A stretch of DNA of 41,521 bases from a virus (IMGVR_UViG_3300049070_000038:1-41521), one strand, 5' to 3'. Numbered from the stretch's first letter, positions 8,335 through 18,652 are shown. The notes: generated by a model from the sequence alone, not told the origin. Program-made: numbers and translations.

Positions 8335-9357
8335 ATGTCCAATCCCAATTTCGATACTCTTGTAGCTACAACGCTAAAGAACTATCGAGCAAATCTTGCG
8401 GATAACATTACTGCTCACCAAGTACTTTGGTATCAGTTGAAGGAAAGAGGCTTTGTCAGAGAAGACGAAGGTGGAACTTCGATTGTTGAGCCATTGCTTG
8501 TTGGTCGTAATACAACTGTAAAATCTTACGCTGGTTATGACATCATTGATACCGCTCCTCAGACTGGTATTACTGCTGCTGAATTTCAATGGAAACAGGT
8601 TGCAGGATCAGTCTCTATTTCAGGAGAGGAAGAGTTTAAGAATGGTGGATCAAAGGATAAGGTTATTTCTTTGCTTCAGTCTAAGATTACACAGCTTGAA
8701 CTTTCAATGATGCTTGAAATCAATCGTCAATTGCAAGCTGACGGTACTGGTAATGGTGGAAAAGACATTACTGGTCTTGATCTTGCTGTTGAAGATGGTG
8801 CTGTTTGGTCAACTTATGGTGGTATTGATTCCAATGCTTTCCCTTATTGGAGGAATCAATGGCTTGATTCGGTTACCGCCATCTCTCTTGCTGCTCCTTC
8901 TGCTGGTACACTTGCCCTTCTTGGTGAGTGGATACGCATCTACAATAGTTGTATGCGTGGTAAGGTTAGACCTACAGTAATCATTACCGATCAGCTTATC
9001 TATGAATTGTATGAGCGTTCAATGCAACAGACATCTTCCAACTATCGTGTAATGATAGATCAGAAGATGGCTGATGCTGGCTTTATGAATCTCCTTTTCA
9101 AAGAAACACCTGTTGTATTTGACGAAGATATGCCCGGTGCTACTCTTGTTGCTGGTGGAACAAACCATCAAGTCAAATTCTTGAATGCTGACTTTATGAA
9201 ATTTGTTGTCGGACGTGGCAAGAACTTTGTGGTTACTGATATGATGAGGCCAGAGAACCAGGATGCTAAGGTTAGCCAGGTTATTCTGTATGGTAACTTG
9301 ACAATCAATAACCGTGCGCGTCAGGGAGCGATTACTGGTATCACTGTCAACGCATAA
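8335..9357 (+). CDS. Major capsid protein
   Basis: ATG 8335 with GAGGAG RBS; about 340 aa; GGTSIVEPL, YAGYD, WKQ, YGGID...YWRNQ, AGFMNL, YGNLT motifs; position after scaffold. Confidence 0.88.
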   Translation: MSNPNFDTLVATTLKNYRANLADNITAHQVLWYQLKERGFVREDEGGTSIVEPLLVGRNTTVKSYAGYDIIDTAPQTGITAAEFQWKQVAGSVSISGEEEFKNGGSKDKVISLLQSKITQLELSMMLEINRQLQADGTGNGGKDITGLDLAVEDGAVWSTYGGIDSNAFPYWRNQWLDSVTAISLAAPSAGTLALLGEWIRIYNSCMRGKVRPTVIITDQLIYELYERSMQQTSSNYRVMIDQKMADAGFMNLLFKETPVVFDEDMPGATLVAGGTNHQVKFLNADFMKFVVGRGKNFVVTDMMRPENQDAKVSQVILYGNLTINNRARQGAITGITVNA

Positions 9358-9368
9358 GAGGTGTTATT

Positions 9369-9662
9369 ATGGCAATTATTGCTAACACAGTAACGTTTGC
9401 AGCAGGAGTACCTAAGAGAAGTTTAGGTAATCTTAATGGTTTGGCTGGCGCTAGTGCGGTTATTCGTTGTTGGATTGTCTCTCCTATTGGTCTTAAGATA
9501 GGAGACACAACTAACGTTTCAACTGTTAATGGATTACCTATAATACCTTTGCAAGTAAATTTATTTGAATTTGCTGCTGCTAATGTTGCAGGTGATAATG
9601 TCTCAATTGTTAGAGAAGCAACAGGGCCAGATGTGGTAATTCACATAATGACTGAAGTTTAA
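9369..9662 (+). CDS. Hypothetical virion protein
   Basis: GAGGTG RBS; beta-rich; follows the capsid gene. Confidence 0.55.
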   Translation: MAIIANTVTFAAGVPKRSLGNLNGLAGASAVIRCWIVSPIGLKIGDTTNVSTVNGLPIIPLQVNLFEFAAANVAGDNVSIVREATGPDVVIHIMTEV

Positions 9663-9676
9663 TATTAGAGGATTTT

Positions 9677-9943
9677 ATGTCAGTACCTAGATATGTTGAA
9701 TATTTTTTTCCTGATGCTAACTCCAAAACTATCGAAGATATTTTGGTAGATGACGGTCTTTCGTTACATTTTCAAACTTGGAATGTTTACTGGATTTGGG
9801 TTGTAACGAATGGTAGTATTGGAACTCCCACACATAATGGTAGTGCGTTAAGTACAACACCCGCCTCAAAGGGATTTGCTTACGACAATACTATAAATCC
9901 TAATGGCACAGGTGCGGTTATTCGATTTTTGATACTACCATAG
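9677..9943 (+). CDS. Hypothetical protein
   Basis: GAGGA RBS; within the structural operon. Confidence 0.55.
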   Translation: MSVPRYVEYFFPDANSKTIEDILVDDGLSLHFQTWNVYWIWVVTNGSIGTPTHNGSALSTTPASKGFAYDNTINPNGTGAVIRFLILP

Positions 9944-9972
9944 AATCTTAATTTAATTAAAGGAGATTCAAT

Positions 9973-10521
9973 ATGTCCGCTAAACTACTTGGGGTTGATA
10001 TTTTTAGAGTAGATTCGGTACAACAGCACGAGCTTGGTATGCAAGCGCGTGATGTTCGTGGTGGAGAAGGTCAATTTAGCTTTAAAGAAGTTATTGACGG
10101 TACTACTCAATTTCGTAGATTTGATCCTGCGGGTGAGTATAGGTATGTTAAAGGTGGTACTGGTGGTGTAGCTGAAGGTGTTGCAGTTGCTATTGAAACT
10201 GGTGCTACTGATACAATAGTGCCCTATCAAGTTATTAATATGACAGCAGAAGGAGTTATTGAGGGTGTCCCTTTGGCTGCAATTCCAGCTAATAGTTTTG
10301 GTTGGATTCAGATTAATGGCAAACACTATAATCTGAACGTTCTTGATGCTGTTGCTGATGATGCGTTACTTGAGCCAGGAGCAGGGCCATCATTGATTGC
10401 TGCCACACTTGACATTGCGCATTATGCTGCTAGTCTAGGTGGTGTTTCAATTAGAAAGATTGCTGATGCTACTTCTCTTGGTGGTGCTGCCAATAGAGGC
10501 ATTGGAACAATCAGACCATAA
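9973..10521 (+). CDS. Putative capsid decoration protein
   Basis: AAGGAG RBS; YRYVK and AIPANSFGWIQING patterns; Gly/Ala-rich. Confidence 0.55.
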   Translation: MSAKLLGVDIFRVDSVQQHELGMQARDVRGGEGQFSFKEVIDGTTQFRRFDPAGEYRYVKGGTGGVAEGVAVAIETGATDTIVPYQVINMTAEGVIEGVPLAAIPANSFGWIQINGKHYNLNVLDAVADDALLEPGAGPSLIAATLDIAHYAASLGGVSIRKIADATSLGGAANRGIGTIRP

Positions 10522-10530
10522 GGAGTTAAT

Positions 10531-10743
10531 ATGTCTTTACCTGATGGATACTTTGAAAAGGTAACTTTGGATGATGGTAGGGAAGTATTGGAACATAAGC
10601 CAAATTATGATGATACTTTCGTGGTCAGGCGTACAATTAAAAAGACTGTTCCGCCTGTCAAACCTATAACAAAGGTGATACCTGACGTGGTTGCTCCTGA
10701 ACCAGTTAACAAACCATCCAAAAGTAAACCAGATATTAAGTAA
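10531..10743 (+). CDS. Hypothetical protein
   Basis: AAGGAG RBS; Pro/Lys-rich C-terminus. Confidence 0.6.
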   Translation: MSLPDGYFEKVTLDDGREVLEHKPNYDDTFVVRRTIKKTVPPVKPITKVIPDVVAPEPVNKPSKSKPDIK

Positions 10744-10789
10744 ATTAGATGAATTAATTAAATTAATATCTGAGATTCAAGAGGATTTA

Positions 10790-11239
10790 ATGTACCACGA
10801 AGAAGATAAACAAGGAAGTACGGCAATGCCGGACGACCTGAAACACGCCACTCATTATCATCATCACGAAGCTGGTGATAATGAGTCTTCTCAAGGAGAT
10901 TCTATGTTTACTAATCCTGCTCTACCTGTCGTAACTGGTGCTGGTATTGGAAATGGTTACGGTTATGATTGTGGTTTTAAACCGGCTGATGCTGCTCTAG
11001 TCCAATCAAATAATCTGGCAATTCTTAGTTCTAATATGACTATGGGTTTCCAGCTACTTAATAATAGTGTTAGTCAGAATAGCAAAGAGAATGCTCTTAT
11101 TGGTAAAGACAATCAAATTGCTATTTTGGCTATGCAAAGTAATATGCAAACAATGTTTATGGCAATGCAAAGCAAGCTTGATCATATTGCTTGTGGTGTT
11201 GCTCATTGTTGTCCTCCTCCTGCTCCAACAAGAGGTTAA
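10790..11239 (+). CDS. Hypothetical Gly-rich, coiled-coil protein with Cys-rich C-terminus
   Basis: ATG 10790 (GAGGA) or 10904 (AAGGAG); His-rich N-terminus; ends ACGVAHCCPPP. Confidence 0.6.
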   Translation: MYHEEDKQGSTAMPDDLKHATHYHHHEAGDNESSQGDSMFTNPALPVVTGAGIGNGYGYDCGFKPADAALVQSNNLAILSSNMTMGFQLLNNSVSQNSKENALIGKDNQIAILAMQSNMQTMFMAMQSKLDHIACGVAHCCPPPAPTRG

Positions 11240-11257
11240 GGATTTAATTTAATTAAG

Positions 11258-11346
11258 ATTAGGGTCTGTGTTATTTGGTTTGGCAGATAAGTTGCCTTGA
11301 AGAGCAAAAGCATTTTATCTTTAGATTGGGTGACATAGACCCTAAT
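11258..11346 (+). other. Long G-U-rich RNA hairpin
   Basis: 26 contiguous pairs (10 G-U) plus 7 more after a 1-nt bulge; fills the intergenic space. Confidence 0.7.
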
Positions 11347-11366
11347 TTAATGTTGTTGAGGTTAAT

Positions 11367-11762
11367 ATGAATTTGGATTTGAATATTGATGATGATCTAC
11401 TAACTAAGGTGGTAAATACCACTCCAAGTTTTCAACAGAGTATTCCTGCTATTCCTACTGAAATAGTTCCACCTATTAGTAAACCTGCGAAGAAGAGGTT
11501 TATCATTCGTTCTTGGATTATAGATAAGTTTACCACTAAGCGTAAACGAATTGAACTTACTCCATCTGTTTGCGATATTTGTGCATTTGATGTTGCTGAA
11601 GCTAAGCACGGTAAATGGGATGCAGTACCAGATTTTAAAAAGTCTGATGTTCTTCTTGCACTTCAAGAGCATAAGAGAGAACAGCATCCGGTCAAAGAAG
11701 ATTTGATTGTTACTGAAGATGAACTTGCAACAGAATGGCTTGGATCAAACAACGTATTTTAA
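11367..11762 (+). CDS. Hypothetical protein with C2H2-like zinc motif
   Basis: CDIC...HKREQH; GAGG RBS. Confidence 0.6.
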   Translation: MNLDLNIDDDLLTKVVNTTPSFQQSIPAIPTEIVPPISKPAKKRFIIRSWIIDKFTTKRKRIELTPSVCDICAFDVAEAKHGKWDAVPDFKKSDVLLALQEHKREQHPVKEDLIVTEDELATEWLGSNNVF

Positions 11763-11776
11763 AATAATTAAACGAT

Positions 11777-12538
11777 ATGACTATATCAGATTTTGCATTA
11801 ATGATGATACGTGATCAAGATGAATCATCTCTTGATGCTGACTATCTTGCTGTCGTTATGGAATGGACAGAAGAAGGAATAGATGAACTTCTTCTAGCTC
11901 ACGATTGGAGAGAGCTTAGGCGTACTAAGACTTTCACAACAGATACTATAAATTCAGTTTATACTATCGATGCAGGTGTACGAGAAATCATAGCAATGAG
12001 GTTTAAAGATACCAATGAACCTATTGATTATCTTGATGCTTCAATGCTTTATAGTATAGCTGAAGATTTAGAACAAACACAGAAACCAACTTCTTGGTTT
12101 TGGGAATCTTCCGTATTCCAATCTAATGATACACAACTAAAGATTCAGTTTAATTCTATTCCTGATGCAGCGTATGTTATTGAATATCTTGCTATAGTTG
12201 ATCCTCTTAGTTTGACATCCGTAAATGTAAATGTACCAGTTCAGAGGCAGATGTTTAGTGCTATTAAGAACTTTGTAAGATCAAAGATTTATGAACAAGA
12301 TGGAAATGATATACAAGCTGCAAGTTATTTACAGCAGTTCTATAATGGTATTAACAGATTGATGGACAAAGATAATGCTAAATCTGCTAGTACACCAAGA
12401 TTGCAAGCTAGGGATATTTCAAATACAAAAGATAGGAAACTAGCAAGACTTGATCCCAATCACTTTGTCTTTCTTATTTCCTCTATAGGAGCTATATGCG
12501 AGCTATTGAACTTACCAGGAATAATAAGGTACTTGTAA
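11777..12538 (+). CDS. Head-tail adaptor / tail tubular protein A-like
   Basis: HDWRELR, P..W, IQF..IPDAAY patterns; position before the nozzle gene. Confidence 0.65.
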   Translation: MTISDFALMMIRDQDESSLDADYLAVVMEWTEEGIDELLLAHDWRELRRTKTFTTDTINSVYTIDAGVREIIAMRFKDTNEPIDYLDASMLYSIAEDLEQTQKPTSWFWESSVFQSNDTQLKIQFNSIPDAAYVIEYLAIVDPLSLTSVNVNVPVQRQMFSAIKNFVRSKIYEQDGNDIQAASYLQQFYNGINRLMDKDNAKSASTPRLQARDISNTKDRKLARLDPNHFVFLISSIGAICELLNLPGIIRYL

Positions 12539-12571
12539 TTTTCTTGTATTAATGGAATTTCAATAAATTAA

Positions 12572-14215
12572 ATGCCACAAGAAGTAATCAATAGAAATAA
12601 CTCTAGAGTACAAACATCTTGGCAAGATGGAATGATAACATCTTTGCCTGCTGAAGAGTTACCACCAACAGCAGCACAAGATTTAGTAAACGTTGAAATA
12701 GATATTGAGGGTAATCTTACCACAAGAACAGGTGCACTATCTTTTATTCAACCATCAACAACATCTAGAATAACTTCTATTTTTAGAGCGCAGTATTCAA
12801 ATGGTACTGTGCTAATTCTATTTACCGCTGGAACTAAATTATTTAAATGTAATGAAGATGGTTCATCTATCACAGATATTACAGGTGCTTTAACATTACC
12901 TAGTAATACAATGTGGCAGTGGGCAATGTTTGGTGATCTTGCAATAGGAGTTAATAAAGCAACATCAGGAGATAATCCAGTAAAGGTTAATAATGCTGGT
13001 ACTGCTGCTGCTTTAGCTGGATCACCACCAAAAGCTAAATACATTAGAGTGTGGAATGAGAGAGTATGGTTAGCAACTTCCACAGGTGGTAGTCAAAATC
13101 AGTTAAGAGCTAGTGCAATAAATCTTCCAGAAGATTGGTCAACAACAGGTGATGCAGGAACAATCACAATAAACGTTGATGCTAATGATGGAGATTTTAT
13201 CACAGGCTTAGAAGTTTTTAGAGGATCGCTCTTTGTATTTAAGCGTAGAAAGATTAATGTTATATCTCCTATTGCTGCTCCTGCTACTATACCAGGAAAT
13301 CTAAGAGTAGATGTATTTACTAAAAACTTAGGTTGTGTCTCTGCTTACTCAATTCAACCTGTATTAGATGATGTTGTTTTCTTAGCTGATTGTGGGGTTG
13401 TAAGTTTATCTCAATCTGAGTTTGGAGAATTGAAATCTGCTATTCTTTCACAGAATATAGCAGAATTAAATATTTTAAAAAAGACATCTGCATTACTAGA
13501 AGAAATACCTGCAATAGTTTTAGACGATGTAAATCAATATTGGCTTTCCATTCCTTCTACTGTTTCACCAAGAGGAATAAATGAAATCTATGTTATGGAT
13601 TATCAGAGGATTAAAGAAGGATTAATAAGATGGGTAAGGTTTAATGGTTTGATTTGTGGTACAGCTTTTGCTGAAAAATTAGATGGTAATTATAAAACTT
13701 ATTTAATCGGTGCATATCCTGTTGCTAGTGTAAATACTAAGATATATAAATATACTCCATCTGATCCTACAAAAACTTTTGCTGATGATAGTAGTAGCTA
13801 TATTAAATTAATTAAAACGAAAGCATATATTGGGGATACTCCAATGATTCGTGAATTATGGCAAAGATTTGGTTGTTCTTTAAATCTTATATCAGAACTA
13901 TTAACTTTTGTTATCAGTTATTTTTATAATAATAATGTAAACGTAGATGGTCAATATAACTTTAATTTTGTATTTAGTGGTATAGCTCCACCTTTATATG
14001 GTACTGCAATTTATGGAACAGATACATATGGATCAGCATCAGATTTTTTTAGAGAAGAAGTGATTTGGGAAAGATTTAAAAAGAATCCTAATGGTAGAAA
14101 AGCTAGAACAGTTTCATTTGAATTTTTATCTGCTCAACAGAATGAAGGATTTATATTTAAATTCTTACAGATTGATTATACAAAGCTTACTAGGAAAAAA
14201 GCGAGGACAATATAA
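12572..14215 (+). CDS. Tail tubular protein B / nozzle-like (beta-propeller)
   Basis: GMIT...NVEID..G.L.TR.G start; WNERVW, P.DW, ITGL...LFVFK, GCVSAYSI propeller blades. Confidence 0.75.
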   Translation: MPQEVINRNNSRVQTSWQDGMITSLPAEELPPTAAQDLVNVEIDIEGNLTTRTGALSFIQPSTTSRITSIFRAQYSNGTVLILFTAGTKLFKCNEDGSSITDITGALTLPSNTMWQWAMFGDLAIGVNKATSGDNPVKVNNAGTAAALAGSPPKAKYIRVWNERVWLATSTGGSQNQLRASAINLPEDWSTTGDAGTITINVDANDGDFITGLEVFRGSLFVFKRRKINVISPIAAPATIPGNLRVDVFTKNLGCVSAYSIQPVLDDVVFLADCGVVSLSQSEFGELKSAILSQNIAELNILKKTSALLEEIPAIVLDDVNQYWLSIPSTVSPRGINEIYVMDYQRIKEGLIRWVRFNGLICGTAFAEKLDGNYKTYLIGAYPVASVNTKIYKYTPSDPTKTFADDSSSYIKLIKTKAYIGDTPMIRELWQRFGCSLNLISELLTFVISYFYNNNVNVDGQYNFNFVFSGIAPPLYGTAIYGTDTYGSASDFFREEVIWERFKKNPNGRKARTVSFEFLSAQQNEGFIFKFLQIDYTKLTRKKARTI

Positions 14216-14988
14216 TGTCGTTAGCAAGATTACACGCAGCACAAATTGCCAATGGTTTGGTAATAGATGCTGATGATTTAGGTGAAGAGTATGATCAGCT
14301 AGTTAATTTACTTAATGGCACATCTACTAACGTAGATGCCATTATGCGTTTATCTAGTGCTACGCTTGCAGCATTAACTTTAGATCAATTAAATGCTGCT
14401 GGCCCTGTACAGATTTGGAGATTGAATGGTGTAGATAAAGCAAAGATAAATAATCTTGCACAGTTTGAATCACTACTTGTAACAGGTACAGCACCATTGG
14501 TAGTAGCATCTACCACGAAAGTAACTAACTTAAATGCTGATCTACTAGATGGCTTAGATTCAGCAGCATTTGCACAACTTGCAACACATCGTAGTTATTT
14601 TTCTGTTACTGTTGGTTTTGAGGCTGATCCTACGGTTACCACTCTTAGTATTGAAGATAGGCAAGGATGGATTGCTCCTGATAACGTAGTTGAGATGAAG
14701 ATAACTAAGTTGTGGATTAAATGGACTAGTGGTAGTAGGACTGCTGGACAGACTTTAACATATCAAATTAGAAAGCGTAATGCTGCTGGTGGTGGTTTGG
14801 TTGATATAGGCGGAATCACTTTGGATAACACAAATAATACACAGCACGTTGTATACTATAATGATATTGGTGATGTTACTTTAACTGCTGGTGATACTAT
14901 AACGTTCTATAAATCTGCAATAGGTGGTAGTCAGACTGAGAAAGCAGTCTGGATTGGATTTGTAGGTTATCAAAGACTATCAACTTAA
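14215..14988 (+). CDS. Tail fibre-like protein
   Basis: TGTAPLVVASTTKVTNLNADLLDG fibre motif and an N-terminal IDADDL..EYDQL adaptor segment. Confidence 0.7.
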   Translation: MSLARLHAAQIANGLVIDADDLGEEYDQLVNLLNGTSTNVDAIMRLSSATLAALTLDQLNAAGPVQIWRLNGVDKAKINNLAQFESLLVTGTAPLVVASTTKVTNLNADLLDGLDSAAFAQLATHRSYFSVTVGFEADPTVTTLSIEDRQGWIAPDNVVEMKITKLWIKWTSGSRTAGQTLTYQIRKRNAAGGGLVDIGGITLDNTNNTQHVVYYNDIGDVTLTAGDTITFYKSAIGGSQTEKAVWIGFVGYQRLST

Positions 14989-15001
14989 GGAATTAATTTA
15001 A

Positions 15002-15065
15002 GGAATTAAATAAATTAAAATTTCATTCCTTAATTACTTGAAGAGATTTTAATTTATTTAATTCC
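15002..15065. repeat. Paired-motif inverted-repeat cassette, copy 2
   Basis: Perfect 20-bp inverted repeat GGAATTAAATAAATTAAAAT at 15002-15021 and 15046-15065. Confidence 0.9.
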
Positions 15066-15074
15066 GTATTTAAA

Positions 15075-15596
15075 ATGTCATTAGTAACTAGACAACCAAC
15101 ATCTAACACAACGCCTGATCCTGTACAGGGAGGATTAGCTGTAACTATTCCTTCTAATACAGGACACGCTAATACGAGTGTTTCTGCTGCTGGTGATGAT
15201 CTTGGAGTATCACAAGAGAAAAGCTGTATATGGCAAGGATTTGCAGCAGCACCATCAGGAACTAAGGTTTCCGTTACTTTAAAGATTACTCATACGAGTC
15301 AAGGTTCTATATCTGGTTTTTCAGCAACAAATCAATTTAGATTAGAGTATAGTCTTAATGGTGGTGGAGCGTGGTCAATTGCTGTATTAAGAATTAATAT
15401 GACAACATCACAAGGGCCAACTGTTTTTAGTGTGGCATTACCTTTATCTCAAGATTTGACGCAAGTTAAAGTAAGAGATTTTATTCAGGCTACAGCTTTA
15501 AATATAGGTCATAGTGCTGCTGCTGATGCTACTATTTCAGATATTAAAATAGAAGTAGTTACATCAGAAGATGTTGTTGTATCAGGTGGGATGTAA
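15075..15596 (+). CDS. Putative tail-associated beta-sandwich protein
   Basis: Ser/Thr/Gly-rich with LEYSLNGGGAW Asp-box-like motif. Confidence 0.55.
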   Translation: MSLVTRQPTSNTTPDPVQGGLAVTIPSNTGHANTSVSAAGDDLGVSQEKSCIWQGFAAAPSGTKVSVTLKITHTSQGSISGFSATNQFRLEYSLNGGGAWSIAVLRINMTTSQGPTVFSVALPLSQDLTQVKVRDFIQATALNIGHSAAADATISDIKIEVVTSEDVVVSGGM

Positions 15597-16204
15597 TGTT
15601 TAATCCTGAAGCATTTGTAAAATATAAAGACTTACCAAACTTAACGCCAATGTTTGGTAACTTAGGTAATAGTTGGGACAATCCACTACCTAATGATCTT
15701 TATATTAAGAGTGTTCCAAAGAACATATTATCGAGTAGTGCATTAACTAATAACAATGGAACAGGATTAGATACTTTAAGAACATTTGTATTTCCAGCTA
15801 AATCCTTAAAATCCAATGGTGATTTATTTCACGCTTGGTTAGCTGGTGTAGTAGCTAGCAATGATGATAATAAACGTTTACAACTTTCTTTTGGTGGGAC
15901 TGTTTTATTTAATAGTGGATTATTTGATTTTGATGGTGGTGGTTGGCAGATAGAACTCTTAATGATTAGGGTTGATGCTACACACGTAAGCTCTTTAGTT
16001 TTATCTGCTACTGGGTTTTTTGCTATTGATAGTACTTTAGCTTTAGCTAGTTCCGGAGTTCAGTATAATTTGGGAAATGCTAATACCTTGGTTGTAGCTA
16101 ATATGGATACTAATTCTAATACTTTGTTGTTAGAGTGTGAATCTGCAACAGCCGGTACTAATGTTTTTCATAATGTAGCAAAAATTGAATTAACAAGATT
16201 TTAG
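15596..16204 (+). CDS. Putative tail-associated protein
   Basis: Beta-rich; start overlaps the upstream stop. Confidence 0.55.
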   Translation: MFNPEAFVKYKDLPNLTPMFGNLGNSWDNPLPNDLYIKSVPKNILSSSALTNNNGTGLDTLRTFVFPAKSLKSNGDLFHAWLAGVVASNDDNKRLQLSFGGTVLFNSGLFDFDGGGWQIELLMIRVDATHVSSLVLSATGFFAIDSTLALASSGVQYNLGNANTLVVANMDTNSNTLLLECESATAGTNVFHNVAKIELTRF

Positions 16205-16212
16205 GAGATTTT

Positions 16213-17178
16213 ATGCCATTAAATCCTTTTCAATTAGAAATAGAAAAATTAGCTAAATCAATGGGCTTGAAGGGGGCGCAGCAACAGCAAGTATATAATA
16301 CTCCACAATTCCAAGATTTAGTTAATAGGTTTTATGGAGCAATACCACTTCCTGCTGGAATTAATGAGAGTATGGTTACTGGTAGGACGCCAGGACAAGT
16401 ATCATTTTCTGATCCTGAAGGGTTTATCCATAATCTTACTAGGAATCTTAGTGGTACTGATCCAAGATTAGGACAAGTATCTGAAAGTTCAACTAATCGT
16501 CCTGCTGTACTTCCTTCTTCAAAAGGAGAGCAGTCGGCTATCAATACCTTGTTACCTAACCTAGTTAATTTATTTAATAATCCTCTTGCACTAGCACAAA
16601 TTGATCCACAGACATTAGGTTTATTGCAACAAATGAAAGCTGCTGAAGATCAAGCATTGCAAGAGCAATTTGATAGAGAGATTGGAACAGTAATAGCGCA
16701 GCTTACAGGACAAGGAATAGGATCAAGCTCTATTGCTGGTGATATATTAGGACAAGCAAAACAACAGCAAGGATTAGTCAGGAGTCAAGCACAAGGGCAG
16801 CAAGCACAAAGACAGTTAGGAGTACAAGAGTTTTTAACACAAGGACAGCAAGCACAAGATCAAGGAATGAAAGATTTTGTTCTTAATTTACTTAATCAAT
16901 CATTGAATAGAGATGTATCAGGCGCACAAGTTGGAGTACAACAACAGCAAGTAACTAATCAAAATGATCAGTTCTATAAAACATTGCAAGAACAAATGCG
17001 TCAGTTTGATGAGATGAAGAGAATGCAAGAACGTCAAGCATTATTTAGCAATATAATGAAAGGTATCACAACAGGAGCATCTTTCGCTACTGGTTTAGCT
17101 AGTGGTGGATTTAGTAGTTTATTTAGTGGTGCTGGTGGTGCAACTTCATCACTACCAACTATAGGATATGGAGGCTAA
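16213..17178 (+). CDS. Putative internal virion / DNA ejection protein
   Basis: Gln-rich helices, GQGIGSSSIA and a Gly/Ala-rich hydrophobic C-terminus. Confidence 0.55.
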   Translation: MPLNPFQLEIEKLAKSMGLKGAQQQQVYNTPQFQDLVNRFYGAIPLPAGINESMVTGRTPGQVSFSDPEGFIHNLTRNLSGTDPRLGQVSESSTNRPAVLPSSKGEQSAINTLLPNLVNLFNNPLALAQIDPQTLGLLQQMKAAEDQALQEQFDREIGTVIAQLTGQGIGSSSIAGDILGQAKQQQGLVRSQAQGQQAQRQLGVQEFLTQGQQAQDQGMKDFVLNLLNQSLNRDVSGAQVGVQQQQVTNQNDQFYKTLQEQMRQFDEMKRMQERQALFSNIMKGITTGASFATGLASGGFSSLFSGAGGATSSLPTIGYGG

Positions 17179-17179
17179 T

Positions 17180-18652
17180 ATGGCAATCTTTCCTGATTTA
17201 AGTTTTTTAAATCCTAGTTTAGTTAATCAACCACAAGAAGTTGATCCATATCAAAGACTGCAAGAAGTTATTGCGGGTATTAATAATCAACCATTACAAG
17301 GAGCAGCGCCTATGGGTACACTTGAGCGTGTTTTAACTGCTATTGCTCAAGCATCTTCTGTTGCTGCTTCAAATGATCCTGGTGCAGTTTTGCAAGCACA
17401 GTTAAAAGCCAAAGCCGATCAAAGGAATGCAGTAACACAGGTAATACAGAATAGACAAAATCTTGTTAATCAAGCTACCTTGCAAGCTGGATTCCAACAA
17501 GCTGAGGGTATGTCAAGAGAACAAGCTGAAGTTAGAAAAGAAGGTAGATTATTTAAACAGAAAGCTGTTGAAGATATACGAGAAGTTAATTTATTTAAAC
17601 AGAAGAAAGAGATTGAAAAAGATATTCAACTTTCTGCTAACAAATCTTTGCTTGAACAGAATGAAGCATTTGAAGCTGCGAATGAGGAAGCTAGAAATAG
17701 ACGTAGATTGAATGCTGCTATAATTGATCTACTTCCTGCTAAATGGAAAGATGCTACAGTATGGGATAGCAATGCTAAGTTACTTGTACCTAATGCTGAT
17801 CCTGCTATATTGGAAAGAATAGCTAATAAGAAGGCTGGTATTGATCTTACTCCCATAACAACACAAGAACAAGAGTTAATAGTTAAAGTTAATAAAGCTG
17901 CATTTGAGCAGAATAAAGAACAGATTGGATTAACTAAACGAAAAGTAGAAGCTGATATTACAGAATCAGATAGGAGAGGCAGAGCAGCTATGATTAGTGC
18001 TAACGCACAAGCACAAGCTGCAAGGAATCAAGCTTATAATGATAACGTTGCTAATTGGGCAAAGAAAAGACAAGTAGATATACTTAGTACACAGTACTAT
18101 AAAACTCCTAGTGGTGCTATTATTTCTATTGATGAAGTCAATAAACTTCCTATCAATGAAAAATATAGTGCTATAGCTTTGCCTGCTGCTGAAAATATAG
18201 CACATCAACAGCGATTGATTCTACAAATGAATGAAACTATTCAGAAATCTCAAATGGATACACAGCAAGTTAATCAACAGTTACAGCAAGGTGATCAATT
18301 AACAAATCAAATCAAAGAAGATTTAAAAACTAAAACACCTGAACAAATTAAGCAGCAAATACTTAACAGTAATCTCCCACAATCTGAGAAGAATAGAGCT
18401 ATGGAAATACTTGGTATTAAACCAACTGAATCAAAAGCTAAAGGTGGAAAGACTATAGGTGGTTCTTCTGTACCATTACCTAACATCAATCTTGGAGTAA
18501 ACTCTTCAACACTTGGCCCAGGGGTAGGATCAACTTTAAGTCAAGTTCCTACAGCTTTATCAGAGGTATTTCAAAGTTTATTTAGAAAGAATACGCCTGA
18601 AGAGAACTTAAAGAGATTGGAAGAACAGCGACAGCGTGGGAGTTTTAAATAA
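17180..18652 (+). CDS. Putative internal virion / ejection protein (coiled coil)
   Basis: ATG 17180 after GGAGG; Q/E/K/A-rich; position in the ejection cluster. Confidence 0.55.
   Translation: MAIFPDLSFLNPSLVNQPQEVDPYQRLQEVIAGINNQPLQGAAPMGTLERVLTAIAQASSVAASNDPGAVLQAQLKAKADQRNAVTQVIQNRQNLVNQATLQAGFQQAEGMSREQAEVRKEGRLFKQKAVEDIREVNLFKQKKEIEKDIQLSANKSLLEQNEAFEAANEEARNRRRLNAAIIDLLPAKWKDATVWDSNAKLLVPNADPAILERIANKKAGIDLTPITTQEQELIVKVNKAAFEQNKEQIGLTKRKVEADITESDRRGRAAMISANAQAQAARNQAYNDNVANWAKKRQVDILSTQYYKTPSGAIISIDEVNKLPINEKYSAIALPAAENIAHQQRLILQMNETIQKSQMDTQQVNQQLQQGDQLTNQIKEDLKTKTPEQIKQQILNSNLPQSEKNRAMEILGIKPTESKAKGGKTIGGSSVPLPNINLGVNSSTLGPGVGSTLSQVPTALSEVFQSLFRKNTPEENLKRLEEQRQRGSFK

Noticed and set aside
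13990-14035. YGTAIYGTDTYG peptide repeat in the nozzle protein
   Set aside because: A short YG/WG repeat of a kind often seen in phage tail proteins; not unusual.
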